Below are positions 36,793-46,360 of a stretch of DNA of 64,000 nucleotides, one piece after another. This DNA is from a virus: IMG/VR virus record IMGVR_UViG_3300005403_000006, one strand, 5' to 3'. The notes under the pieces are model-generated. The model ran no database searches and was not told the DNA's origin. It saw only the letters and a program-made list of their open reading frames with translations. Position numbers and translations under genes: made by a program. The first letter of the stretch is position 1. Each line of letters starts with the position of its first letter.

Positions 36793-37704
36793 TTAACTCT
36801 TTACAACCCTAAGACACGCAAGAACTAGCCCAGAGAATCCCGAATTGTAAAAAGGTTCTACAAATTCCTCTAAAATCAATCCTGCTTTATCATTATCTGA
36901 TTTTAACAATGTTCCACTAGCATATCCTAAAACGTGCCTACGAATACTTTCAGGATCTTGTTTCTGCAATCCTACTAATATAGTTCTAATCTGTGTCCAC
37001 CCACTATTTTTCATCAATGCTTGGCACAATGCAAAACTTTCAGCAACTTCTTCCTCATACTTCTTAGCCTGTTCAAGTTGTTTATCTTCGGAAACACTTA
37101 AAACTTGGTCAAGTATTTGCAAAGCATTCCTGGGATGCCCTTTAGCTGATTCAATTATTTGTGCATAAACAGTAATATCTATTGAGGTTTCTTCTGCCTT
37201 TACTACTCCATATAGTAGTTTCTTCATTTGCTTGTCATTCAACAACTCCACTTTATATTGAACACACCTGCCTCTTAATGTAGAGATTATCTTTTGTGGG
37301 TCTGTGGTACATATTATAAAGTAAACGTGTTTTGGTGTATCCTCAAACAGTTTTAAAAAGGCATTTTGAGCATCAGTAGTCATTTTATGAGCTTCATCTA
37401 AAACCCACACACGAACACCTCCCATCATAGGAACATACTGACTTTGCCTTATTATTTCTCTAGCAGTATCAATACCTCTCATGTCAGCAAAATCTACCTC
37501 TTTATAATCAATATCAGATACTCCTAACTCATTTGCTATTATTCGAGCAATAGTAGTTTTACCACAACCCGTAGGCCCATGTAACATAAACACATGAGGG
37601 CACTTTGCTTTGTTGGCTATTAAGTTCTGTAATGAAACTACGGTCTCCTCATTACCTTTAATCTCACTTAATACTGTTGGACGATACTTTAAATATAGGT
37701 TCAT
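36793..37704 (-). CDS. clamp loader (AAA+ RFC / DNA pol III gamma-tau-like)
   Basis: KYRPTVLSEIKGNE, HGPTGCGKTT (Walker A), VLDEAHKMT (Walker B) and LRGRC (SRC-like) are present. The track start 37764 overlaps the upstream ORF, so the ATG at 37704 (MNLYLKYRP) is more likely. Confidence 0.85.
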   Translation of the reverse strand: MNLYLKYRPTVLSEIKGNEETVVSLQNLIANKAKCPHVFMLHGPTGCGKTTIARIIANELGVSDIDYKEVDFADMRGIDTAREIIRQSQYVPMMGGVRVWVLDEAHKMTTDAQNAFLKLFEDTPKHVYFIICTTDPQKIISTLRGRCVQYKVELLNDKQMKKLLYGVVKAEETSIDITVYAQIIESAKGHPRNALQILDQVLSVSEDKQLEQAKKYEEEVAESFALCQALMKNSGWTQIRTILVGLQKQDPESIRRHVLGYASGTLLKSDNDKAGLILEEFVEPFYNSGFSGLVLACLRVVKS

Positions 37705-37706
37705 AA

Positions 37707-37934
37707 TTATGGGTAAATTAATGTTATTTGCATAGTTGTTAGGCCTCCTCTTTCTCTTAGCCAATCACGTTCCTGGGAAGATGGAGTAGGAGGCTGTTTA
37801 GTACACTCAAAACTCAATGTATAAGGACCTCCGTTTTCTTGTAAAGCACACAATTTTCCAATAAATACCATAAGAACTTCATTCTCTCTGGCTTTTATTT
37901 TTGCCTTTTCTTTTTCCTCTTTTGTCTTTTTCAT
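37707..37934 (-). CDS. hypothetical protein
   Basis: 75-aa ORF between polA and the clamp loader. Confidence 0.4.
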   Translation of the reverse strand: MKKTKEEKEKAKIKARENEVLMVFIGKLCALQENGGPYTLSFECTKQPPTPSSQERDWLRERGGLTTMQITLIYP

Positions 37935-37946
37935 AATTATATAGTT

Positions 37947-40547
37947 TTAAAATGGTAAATCAAAATATGTATCAGGGTTAAAATCTTCCTTAGTTGCCCA
38001 GCTTTTATCAACAGGACAAATTTCAGCATCAATGGATAATGGAATATTAATCCATTTCCATGCTTTAGGCAAATCAACAGTACCTACTCTTTGTACTATT
38101 TCCCAAACTTGCTCTAATTCATCTGGAAATACATCGAATACAATAGCATCGTGAATCTGTCCTACTATCCTAGTATTCATATTCCTTTTAGTAAGTTCTT
38201 TATCAATACGAATAAGAACCCACATTAAACAATGAAAAGCAGCACCTTGTACGGGGTAATTTATAACATCATTCTTACTCATAGGACCTCTTGCATAAAA
38301 TCCTGTTTTAAAAGGAACTACTCCTTCTTTTTGATACATTTTATACCAAGATTCTTTCCAGGCAGCATACACACTAAAACGTTTTTCCCAAAAGTATTTT
38401 TCTATTCGTTGAATGTGTTGGGTGAACTTAACAATCCCATTTATTCCGTTTGCAATTAAATGGTCTGAAATGAACGTACCATCCTCAAACTGAATCCCTT
38501 GTCCTTTTTTCCAATTAGCATCCTGTAACTTTATCCATTTAGAAGCAATTAATTCCGCACAATTTTTATAATAATCTCCATAAAATTCAGGAAACACAAA
38601 TCCATTCTTTGCAGCACCTCTTAATAGTTTGTGAGAAGGCAAAGACCTATCTAATTTATCTAAAAAGAATATTTCTTTGGCAATATCTCCGTGCATATCA
38701 GAGCAAGGGTCATTTAAGTATGCAATCATTGTAGGGTCTTTATGGTAACATGCGGCAATACTAACTTCCAAACCGCTGTAATCTACCTCAAACAACTGAT
38801 TTCCTACTCTAGGGAAAATAGACTTTCTTACAGTCTGCATGGCAAATTTATCACGTTTAGGTATATTCTGAAAATTAGGGTCATTAGAACTACTCCTGTA
38901 CGTCCTTGCTAAATGTAAATTAAATGATGGGTGTATTGCACCTTTGATTTGTTCCCTATCAAAGGCCTTTAAATATGTGTCCTTTACTTTAATCAGTTTT
39001 TGCCGTTCAATAATTAAATCTAATTCAGGAATATTAAGAACTTCTAATGCTTCCACATCCGTACTACCCATTCCAGATTCAGTAAGTTTAGTAGGTTTTA
39101 TCTTTTTAACACCATATAAAAAATCACCTAATTGTTTTCCACTATTTAAATTTATAGTACCTTTTACAGTCTTATTCCACTCTTTATAAAAATCACTTTC
39201 CTTTATTTTATGTTCACAAGCAAATATTTTCTTTTCCAACCTAACTGTTTGTGTGGCAATGTAATCCGTATCAATACGGAGTCCTTGTCGTTCTGCTCTC
39301 GCCAATGCAAGAATACCTTCATGAAACAATTGATATGCCTCTATTTCATTTTCAAGTAATTGTGCTTTTTGTAATGTTGCCAATCTATACTCATAAATAC
39401 TATCATAAGCACAATATTCCAACAACATTTTTCGTTTAGATGGAACTTTCATTAACTCCTCAACTCTATTAATTCCATTGGCACCATCTTGTTCAGATGC
39501 TTTTAAATAAGGAGCAATTTCACTATCATAATCAATTATACCAAATTGAACATAAGTTTGAAACTTTAATCCTGTTATTCCTGTGCGATTATCTAATTGA
39601 TGTGTAGCCAACATAGTATCCCAAAACCAATTCTTTACCTCTGTTTTTAATCTAACGTTACTCCAATTATCTTCAAACTTCATATTTTGTGCAATTTTCC
39701 CTACTGATTCATTTTTAAGTAAGTCAATAAAAGGCTGTCTTTCTTTTTTATTATTAGGCATTTCAAACACATACACGGTATTTTTTGATATTGCCACTGA
39801 TGCACATATAATTCTATGTCCTACAGCATGTGGTTTTATACCTGTAGTTTCATAATCAAATGAAACAATAGTATTTTGAATCTTATTTAACGGACTAAGG
39901 TCATCTGAAATATCAATAATAGTAGGTGTATCATATGTTCGCAATCTAGGAGTAATTGCTAATTTACCAATACGTGCTAAATCTTGTTCAAATATTAATT
40001 GATTAATAGGGTCTTTTTTATGCAAATCCTCAACTGAAAAAACAGGACAAATCCATACTTTTAAATCTTGGTCGGGAATTTGCCATCCTCTCCACTTATC
40101 AATTGTACCAAAGTCTTTTTTCCACCTATCTCCTATTAAAGAATATAAAGCATCAATCCCAAATGCCACTATAATATTAGGTGTATGCTCTTTAATCAAC
40201 CCTAATACTTCTTTCCTACAACAATCAATTTGATAATTTGTAGGGTTTTCCTTAGAATAACATATAGTTGAATACGTATTTATACAATCATCCTTTAAAG
40301 AAATCCCTACTTTACTGTAAGCCTTTTCTAAATAATCATAATACTTTTCCTGGAAAACACCTTTTCGTATATCATCTAATTTAGATGGGTGTGGTCCTAC
40401 ATTAAGTATTTTTTTATTAAAGGTACTAATATGCTGTAATTTAGGAGAAGTGCATTTTAAATGTAATCCACAGGAAGTACACGAATACACCTTACCGTCA
40501 GGACGGGTACTAGATTGTGTTTCTTTTTTAGTGAAAAAGCCTTCCAT
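37947..40547 (-). CDS. polA: family A DNA polymerase with 3'-5' exonuclease and an N-terminal UDG-superfamily-like domain
   Basis: Exo I is VSFDYETTG, motif A is VDYSGLEVSIAA, motif B is RGAAKNGFVFPEFYG and motif C is QIHDAIVFD. The first ~200 aa (CTSCGLH...ILNVGPHPS...IVAFGIDAL) resemble family-4 UDG with a diverged active-site motif. Confidence 0.9.
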   Translation of the reverse strand: MEGFFTKKETQSSTRPDGKVYSCTSCGLHLKCTSPKLQHISTFNKKILNVGPHPSKLDDIRKGVFQEKYYDYLEKAYSKVGISLKDDCINTYSTICYSKENPTNYQIDCCRKEVLGLIKEHTPNIIVAFGIDALYSLIGDRWKKDFGTIDKWRGWQIPDQDLKVWICPVFSVEDLHKKDPINQLIFEQDLARIGKLAITPRLRTYDTPTIIDISDDLSPLNKIQNTIVSFDYETTGIKPHAVGHRIICASVAISKNTVYVFEMPNNKKERQPFIDLLKNESVGKIAQNMKFEDNWSNVRLKTEVKNWFWDTMLATHQLDNRTGITGLKFQTYVQFGIIDYDSEIAPYLKASEQDGANGINRVEELMKVPSKRKMLLEYCAYDSIYEYRLATLQKAQLLENEIEAYQLFHEGILALARAERQGLRIDTDYIATQTVRLEKKIFACEHKIKESDFYKEWNKTVKGTINLNSGKQLGDFLYGVKKIKPTKLTESGMGSTDVEALEVLNIPELDLIIERQKLIKVKDTYLKAFDREQIKGAIHPSFNLHLARTYRSSSNDPNFQNIPKRDKFAMQTVRKSIFPRVGNQLFEVDYSGLEVSIAACYHKDPTMIAYLNDPCSDMHGDIAKEIFFLDKLDRSLPSHKLLRGAAKNGFVFPEFYGDYYKNCAELIASKWIKLQDANWKKGQGIQFEDGTFISDHLIANGINGIVKFTQHIQRIEKYFWEKRFSVYAAWKESWYKMYQKEGVVPFKTGFYARGPMSKNDVINYPVQGAAFHCLMWVLIRIDKELTKRNMNTRIVGQIHDAIVFDVFPDELEQVWEIVQRVGTVDLPKAWKWINIPLSIDAEICPVDKSWATKEDFNPDTYFDLPF

Positions 40548-40623
40548 AGTTTTAAAATTTAAAAATGAATCTTTAAAAATATACTTTTTAACTTGTTATT
40601 TATAAGCTAATTAAAAGTATATT

Positions 40624-40648
40624 TTGATATATAAGAGTTAGGCACAAT
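40624..40648 (+). repeat. intergenic element TTGATATATAAGAGTTAGGCACAAT (left arm around the zinc-ribbon ORF)
   Basis: 24/25 identical to 49519-49543. Its GTTAGGCACAAT core is the inverted complement of 40884-40896. Confidence 0.85.
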
Positions 40649-40873
40649 TTAAGAAACTGCCCTGCCTTTACATTTCCCCCATGAGAAACATTTTTCTTTG
40701 ATACATTCTTTACATCCAGTTTCGTGCCATCCACATTCTTCACATCCATAAGGCGAGGCTTGTACCGAATAAGCCCCAAAACCATTATCAACCCAATCTG
40801 TATGCAATTCATTGTTGCATTTTGGACAGTTAAATTTAGGTTCTTTATTAAAAGTGTTTGAAAAATTATCCAT
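40649..40873 (-). CDS. zinc-ribbon protein (74 aa)
   Basis: Contains two CxxC pairs, CPKCN...CEECG...CKEC. The track start (40897) is a non-ATG codon that lies inside the repeat element, so the ATG at 40873 (MDNFSNTF) is more likely. Confidence 0.5.
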   Translation of the reverse strand: MDNFSNTFNKEPKFNCPKCNNELHTDWVDNGFGAYSVQASPYGCEECGWHETGCKECIKEKCFSWGKCKGRAVS

Positions 40874-40883
40874 AATCAAATAA

Positions 40884-40896
40884 ACTGTGCCTAACA
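40884..40896 (+). repeat. ACTGTGCCTAACA (right arm)
   Basis: Identical 13-mer to 50399-50411 and the inverted partner of 40637-40648. Confidence 0.85.
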
Positions 40897-40976
40897 AACA
40901 ATATAAAACAGTTGCCGTTAAGCTATTTACTAATTTTGAAACGTCTTATAAGGCAACCGTTTCATATTGCCGACCG

Positions 40977-41261
40977 TTATGCCTCATTTAAGACATACAC
41001 GAACTCAATTTCTTTGTCCTTACTAACTGACCATTCGACAACTTCTGGAAAAGGATTATTCCAAAAATCGTAACCTTGTGTTTCAAACCATAATTCAATT
41101 ATCTTATCAACTAATTGGTGTGAATTAACATCTATCTTCCAATCTCTATCAGAATTAACAAGCGGATAAAGTTGTTGAATTTCCGATTGTGTTAATACCT
41201 TAGATAAACGAGGCATAACAGCACCTATATTTGATTGCGGTTTTTGTGGTAAATCATTCAT
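40977..41261 (-). CDS. hypothetical protein
   Basis: 94-aa ORF flanked by GC-richer repeat-bearing spacers. Confidence 0.45.
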   Translation of the reverse strand: MNDLPQKPQSNIGAVMPRLSKVLTQSEIQQLYPLVNSDRDWKIDVNSHQLVDKIIELWFETQGYDFWNNPFPEVVEWSVSKDKEIEFVYVLNEA

Positions 41262-41338
41262 TTTTTGCTCGTATTAAAGTTTGTACTAAATTGATACTGT
41301 GTTGCTTCGTAGTCCGCAACCAAACATAGCCGCGGAGC

Positions 41339-41349
41339 GTTAGGCAACA
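41339..41349 (+). repeat. GTTAGGCAACA, a degenerate third copy
   Basis: One-base insertion relative to GTTAGGCACA. Together with 40884-40896 it brackets the 94-aa ORF. Confidence 0.5.
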
Positions 41350-41474
41350 TTTGTCATCGCTCAATTTACGGATTAACACTATCACAAAAAAAAATCACAA
41401 CAATATCCGCTTATTACAGGATGCCCACAATGTTTATATGGTCTAATTGTTAGACATATCCTCTTGCTAAATTA

Positions 41475-42491
41475 TTAGCTTCTTTCTCCCATTAATATTG
41501 TAGAATAGATTGTACTTCCGAAAGAAAACACTAATAATCTTCCTGTATATTTCCCTACCTTGGTTTCTTTTACAATTTCCTGTAATAATGATACAATAAT
41601 CATAAAAGTAACATCCTCTCCTTTATACGCTATTTTAGCTTTTTCCTCAAACCTCCCTGTATTTGATTTACTGCTTACAGTTATTTTACTATTAGTAATT
41701 GCAATAGTTACATAAGTTTGCATTCCTACTGCACTTTCATTAAAAATAATAGCTCTATTAAGTATTTCTAAAATGTTGTCAGGAAACACTATATCCTTCC
41801 CTTCATACTTTCTGAAAGGAGTAGTATTAACAAAAGTATCCTCAAATATACGGCAACTCAATACTACATTGTTTTCCGTCTTAAAATGTACCCATGCTTT
41901 ACCTAATGAAATATGTGTAGGTTTTATTGATACAATATAAGGCACTACGGTAGCAGGTAACAAGAACGTCCCAACAGGTATTTTGTTTTTCATTTCTACA
42001 AAGGCAACTCTAAAGCCATCTGTGCCCTCTATAAATGTTTCCGCTACATGTACACACGTAAGTATGGGACGAGTAAAGTCACTCCCACAAGCATGTTTTA
42101 CAAATGATATTCCTTGGAGGAACTCAGCATCTAAAGGTTTCCATTTACTAATCTCTCCAATAGAATCAATAGGTAGTGTGCTTTCCGTTTTTAAAGCTAA
42201 TTCTGCTTTTGCTTTACCTGATAATAGTGTAAGAGTATTACCTTCTACGGTTACTGTAATCTCTTTTCCTACAGTTTTGCTTACAAAGCCTAACAATTCA
42301 GTAGCATTAACTTCTCCTTCAAAATCAATTTCAGGAATAGGTGCCGATACACTTACACTATCATTAAAGGTATGCACTTTACCTTCTGTGAAATAAAATG
42401 AAGTGCTTCCTATTAATGATTCTTCTTTCCCAGCTAAACCGTACTTTACAGTTTCTAGGATTTCCTTAAATGTTTTACGTTCTATTATCAT
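41475..42491 (-). CDS. sliding clamp (DNA pol III beta-like, tentative)
   Basis: 338 aa of beta-rich sequence in the replication module. No strong motif, so the call rests on size and context. Confidence 0.45.
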   Translation of the reverse strand: MIIERKTFKEILETVKYGLAGKEESLIGSTSFYFTEGKVHTFNDSVSVSAPIPEIDFEGEVNATELLGFVSKTVGKEITVTVEGNTLTLLSGKAKAELALKTESTLPIDSIGEISKWKPLDAEFLQGISFVKHACGSDFTRPILTCVHVAETFIEGTDGFRVAFVEMKNKIPVGTFLLPATVVPYIVSIKPTHISLGKAWVHFKTENNVVLSCRIFEDTFVNTTPFRKYEGKDIVFPDNILEILNRAIIFNESAVGMQTYVTIAITNSKITVSSKSNTGRFEEKAKIAYKGEDVTFMIIVSLLQEIVKETKVGKYTGRLLVFSFGSTIYSTILMGERS

Positions 42492-42516
42492 ATTTATTCA
42501 GATTTTAGTTTCCATA

Positions 42517-43485
42517 CTAAAATAATTTATTTGTTAATTGGTATGTTTGTTCTTTCCTAAATCTATTTAACCATTCCTCAAAATATAAATAAGTCCTAAC
42601 ATTAATACACTCTCTAACGGAATACTTTTGTAAATCCTCATACGTGTACCCTTCTTTTTCAAACAATGCTAATAAATTAACCTTATTCTTAAAATGACCT
42701 TTGTACGACTTTAAAGAACCTACTGCAATCATATTAAATGGTTTCAGCATGTTTGTAGGTAACTGTACATCATAACCTTCTTTTGGATATAATACACTTC
42801 CTGTCGCTGCAATCATTCTCCAACTAATAGCATCACAGCTAGTCCAAGGTAAACTTTTCAATAACTCAGGCACCATTACTGCAAACCCGTGTGTTTTTAC
42901 CTTAATGTTCTTTTTATACAGATACTCAAATACTGCATTTATCCAAGATGCTTTAGAGGCGTTAGGCATATCATTTGCAGGACTTACTCCTATGTAATCA
43001 ACAATATCTACCATCCTGTCTAACCATTTGAAATCTTCTCCTTGATGAAACACATGTATTGGGTGAATACCGTTTTTAATCAATGTTTTTAAATTCAAAT
43101 AACCTTGCTTTGCTGCGGCATTTATTAAACTTTTGTTTGCTGTTAATGATTCAATACTCCCTGTTATCTTGTTGAGGGATTTAGTCTTTCCTGCTTGTCC
43201 CGGGATTACATCAAGATTAACTACATACAATCTTTTGTTATTGTCTAATGCTATATCCTGAGCTTCCTTGATATAGTTGATATATAAGTTCAAATCAACA
43301 AATTTATTCTTATTCCAAGCTGAAAATGCACCTGAATCTAATATTATATTTCCTTGTTTGTTTTCTGACATTTTTATCCAATTATGAAAATCTTTTGGAT
43401 AATTAAATGATACTAACCGATTATGGACACCTAAGTCAGTTTTAGGTGTCCATGCTCCAGCAAAATAAAGTTTAATCGGCTTCAT
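42517..43485 (-). CDS. dpdA: DpdA-like DNA transglycosylase (tRNA-guanine transglycosylase superfamily)
   Basis: 322 aa with ILDSGAFSAW and VNLDVIPGQ blocks. It overlaps queF at the head of the 7-deazaguanine gene cluster. Confidence 0.65.
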   Translation of the reverse strand: MKPIKLYFAGAWTPKTDLGVHNRLVSFNYPKDFHNWIKMSENKQGNIILDSGAFSAWNKNKFVDLNLYINYIKEAQDIALDNNKRLYVVNLDVIPGQAGKTKSLNKITGSIESLTANKSLINAAAKQGYLNLKTLIKNGIHPIHVFHQGEDFKWLDRMVDIVDYIGVSPANDMPNASKASWINAVFEYLYKKNIKVKTHGFAVMVPELLKSLPWTSCDAISWRMIAATGSVLYPKEGYDVQLPTNMLKPFNMIAVGSLKSYKGHFKNKVNLLALFEKEGYTYEDLQKYSVRECINVRTYLYFEEWLNRFRKEQTYQLTNKLF

Positions 43486-43894
43486 AATCAGCCACTACAT
43501 TGATTTGTGTTCCTCCCCTTGCGTTGAATTTGCCTGTAACTAACATACTTACAGGGTGACATGCAAACACACAATCTTCCAATATCTTATTGACTATTGT
43601 TTCCATGAACATTCCTTCATTTCTGTAAGCCATAAAGTACAATTTTAAGGCTTTTGTTTCAAGACATTTTTTATCCGCAATATAATTAATTGCTATTGTA
43701 GCAAAGTCAGGTTGACCAGTCTTAGGACACAAGGAAGTAAATTCATTAAATACAAACTCTGTTAAATACTTCCTATTTGGATACTGATTATCAAAAGTTT
43801 CCAACATACTTACATCAGGAGAATCATATTTGTATTCCGTTCTAGCACTACCTAACTTAGTTAAGTTTTCTGTATTATCTTTTGCTATTTCCAT
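43472..43894 (-). CDS. queF: NADPH-dependent preQ0 reductase (unimodular QueF)
   Basis: The catalytic Cys context is SLCPKTGQPDFA and the QueF motif is ETKALKLYF. Confidence 0.9.
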   Translation of the reverse strand: MEIAKDNTENLTKLGSARTEYKYDSPDVSMLETFDNQYPNRKYLTEFVFNEFTSLCPKTGQPDFATIAINYIADKKCLETKALKLYFMAYRNEGMFMETIVNKILEDCVFACHPVSMLVTGKFNARGGTQINVVADYEAD

Positions 43895-43895
43895 T

Positions 43896-44456
43896 TTATA
43901 ATTTAATTAAGGTAAATAATTCTGCCTTAGCACTTGCATCGGTCATAAATACTCCTTTTAAAGAACTTGTCACCATTGTAGAATGCTGTTTTGATACTCC
44001 TCTCATTCGCATACACATGTGGCTTGCCTCTATGATACATGCAGCAGCTTTCGGTTTAAGAATCTCCATTAAAGCTGTTGTAACTTGTTCCCCAATTCGT
44101 TCCTGAATCTGCAAACGCCTTGCATAAATATCAACAAGCCTAGCTAATTTAGATATTCCTATTACTTTGTCTCCAGGGATATATGCTACATGTGCTTTCC
44201 CGTAAAATGGTAACATGTGATGCTCACACATTGAAAACATCTCTATATCCTTCAACAAAACAATTTGGTCGTATCCATCTGCTGCAAATGTTGTAAGAAC
44301 GTCCTCAGGTTTCTGTTTATATCCTGCATATAATTCATTCCAACTTTTTATTACACGTTTAGGAGTATTAAGTAACCCTTCTCTATCAGGGTCCTCTCCA
44401 ATTGCTGCAAGGGTGTACCTAATAACACCTTCATCCATACTATCAACTAAGTTCAT
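43896..44456 (-). CDS. folE: GTP cyclohydrolase I
   Basis: [20 protein letters not shown] and [11 protein letters not shown] are canonical FolE blocks. Confidence 0.95.
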   Translation of the reverse strand: MNLVDSMDEGVIRYTLAAIGEDPDREGLLNTPKRVIKSWNELYAGYKQKPEDVLTTFAADGYDQIVLLKDIEMFSMCEHHMLPFYGKAHVAYIPGDKVIGISKLARLVDIYARRLQIQERIGEQVTTALMEILKPKAAACIIEASHMCMRMRGVSKQHSTMVTSSLKGVFMTDASAKAELFTLIKL

Positions 44457-45120
44457 ACTGAATTGAGTCTTTTAGATTATTTGATTCAAATGCTTCCAAT
44501 CTTTCATTACAAGAACCACATTTTCCACATGCAATGGGTTGGTCTTTATAACAAGTTCTAGTTAATTCATATGGAACATTTAATGTGTTTCCTATGGCAA
44601 CAATATGTGCTTTTGAAAGATTTATAAATGGAGTGTGTACATATACACTTCCTCCCGTAGATAACAAAATAGTTTTGGTAATACTTTCAATAAAATCAGG
44701 ACGACAATCAGGGTAAATTGCATGGTCTCCTGCATGTACTCCCAAATATATTTTATTTATTTGCATACTCTCAGCATATCCTGCCATTATTGTTGCAAAA
44801 ATAGCATTACGACCTGGAACTACTGTTAATTTCATATTTTCTTGTTGGTAATGCCCCTCAGGAATATCTCCTCCATTCATCAATAAATTAGAATGAAAAT
44901 GAGTAAATACACCAGTCAAATCAAATATTTTAAAATAAACAGGAAATCCTTTTTGTTTATAATAATCAATTACGTTTAAGGCACTTTCCATTTCAAAAGG
45001 ATTGTGTTTAGAAGGGTATTTAAAGAGTGCACAATGTACCTCTTTACCGTCGTGTAAAAGGACCCCCAACAAAGTTGAGGAGTCCAATCCACCTGACAGA
45101 GCTATAACAACTCTTTCCAT
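44443..45120 (-). CDS. queC: 7-cyano-7-deazaguanine synthase
   Basis: Contains the PP-loop ALSGGLDSS and the C-terminal zinc Cys cluster [18 protein letters not shown]. Confidence 0.95.
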   Translation of the reverse strand: MERVVIALSGGLDSSTLLGVLLHDGKEVHCALFKYPSKHNPFEMESALNVIDYYKQKGFPVYFKIFDLTGVFTHFHSNLLMNGGDIPEGHYQQENMKLTVVPGRNAIFATIMAGYAESMQINKIYLGVHAGDHAIYPDCRPDFIESITKTILLSTGGSVYVHTPFINLSKAHIVAIGNTLNVPYELTRTCYKDQPIACGKCGSCNERLEAFESNNLKDSIQYELS

Positions 45121-45123
45121 CTT

Positions 45124-45972
45124 TTATTTCTTTTTGCTGAATGACATTAAACCATCAGCATCTTGTACAATAAGTTTGGCAAACTTGTTGTACTTAGGAT
45201 TTTTACCATCAGTTAAGATAGTTTGATTTGCTGCCTTAGTAACTTGTGGAAACTTTTTACACATCATTTCCAAAAGTTCTTTTTTGGAATATGTTCCTTT
45301 TGCAATCAAAGGAGTCATGTATTCCACACGTTCGGCAGTAGTTACACGATTTGCAGGAACAACTCCTTTTCCTTTTACAGACTCGGCTGATACAACCTTA
45401 TTTTCTGCTTTCTTTACAGGAGCAGGTGTGTCAAGCAATTCCAAAGCACGTACACGTAATTTGTCCACATTTTTCTGCAAAGCTAATCCCTTACGTAAAG
45501 GCTCCAATACATCTTCTTCTTTAATAAGGGCTTTTAATTCATCAAGGTCAGCATCTTCTACCTGTGCTTTGAAATCATCACCATCCTCTTCAACTTCAAC
45601 AGGCTTTTTAGCTGCTTTCTTTTTAGGGGCTGGTTCATCCTCTTCATCTTCATCATCCTCCTCAGGTTCAGGCTCCACTACTTTCATTTTTGCTTTTGTA
45701 GCAGAGGCTTTTTTAACAGGAACTTCTTCCTCTACTTCTTCTTCCTCTACTTCTTCTTCCTCTACTTCAACACCTGTATCATACCCTAATTCAGCAAATG
45801 CCTTCATAGTTTCAGGAGTGAACACATCCTCTTCAAAATCTACCAATGCAATTGCTTCTTCCACCTTTTTCTGTAAATCAGGTAAGGATACACCTGCTGT
45901 CTTAATTGCTGGGTCAATCCCAAGCACATCATTTAACTCTAAGGCTAATGCCTTCATCGCTTTTAAATCCAT
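45124..45972 (-). CDS. acidic/Lys-rich protein with a conserved C-terminal domain (paralog of 22434..22895)
   Basis: VEEEEVEEEEVEEE and DDEDEEDEPAPKKKAAKKP low-complexity tracts precede a C-terminal ~75 aa that align with the plus-strand 153-aa protein. Confidence 0.6.
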   Translation of the reverse strand: MDLKAMKALALELNDVLGIDPAIKTAGVSLPDLQKKVEEAIALVDFEEDVFTPETMKAFAELGYDTGVEVEEEEVEEEEVEEEVPVKKASATKAKMKVVEPEPEEDDEDEEDEPAPKKKAAKKPVEVEEDGDDFKAQVEDADLDELKALIKEEDVLEPLRKGLALQKNVDKLRVRALELLDTPAPVKKAENKVVSAESVKGKGVVPANRVTTAERVEYMTPLIAKGTYSKKELLEMMCKKFPQVTKAANQTILTDGKNPKYNKFAKLIVQDADGLMSFSKKK

Positions 45973-46002
45973 AATTTATTTGTTTATTAATTATTAAATT
46001 GA

Positions 46003-46263
46003 TTACTTCCTAAAAATTGTACGTATTAATTTTCCTGCATTTGTATTAATAATATCAAGAACTGCAAAGCCTTTCTTTTCTGCCATTTCAGTCAAGTGAA
46101 TGTCATCCTCGCTTTTAGCCATTTTTAATATAAAAGGAGGACTTCTATCCCTTTTAGTAGTAAAAAAGAATTGTTTTGGTAGCTTTTTTGCTTTCAATTC
46201 CTTGCGTAATGCTCTACCACTTTGGTTAGGTTCGGCATAAATAACATTTTTAATACGATGCAT
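46003..46263 (-). CDS. hypothetical protein, paralog of 26894..27142
   Basis: 86-aa ORF 39 nt downstream of a consensus promoter. It shares the MxRIKNVIYA start and LIRT end with the 82-aa ORF. Confidence 0.55.
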   Translation of the reverse strand: MHRIKNVIYAEPNQSGRALRKELKAKKLPKQFFFTTKRDRSPPFILKMAKSEDDIHLTEMAEKKGFAVLDIINTNAGKLIRTIFRK

Positions 46264-46302
46264 TTGGAGTACGTTTTAATTTTTAGTGAAATATAGTGAA
46301 CA

Positions 46303-46333
46303 CAAAGATAGCATAATATTTTTAATATGCAAA
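46303..46333 (-). promoter_or_regulatory. Bacteroidota-type promoter TTTG-N19-TATCTTTG
   Basis: The minus strand reads AAAAAAGTTTG-(19 nt)-TATCTTTG, 39 nt before the ATG at 46263. Confidence 0.7.
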
Positions 46334-46360
46334 CTTTTTTTAAACTTTATTTAAAAATAG

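Noticed and set aside
45284-45997. Long plus-strand ORFs lying antisense to minus-strand genes: 45284..45997, 41983..42396, 29243..29620, 51389..51781, 50674..51048, 18815..19153 and the many 60-110-aa examples
   Set aside because: They are mirror frames of well-supported minus-strand genes. Their composition is low-complexity or implausible (for example Ser-rich opposite the Glu-rich protein), and they lack RBS or promoter context.
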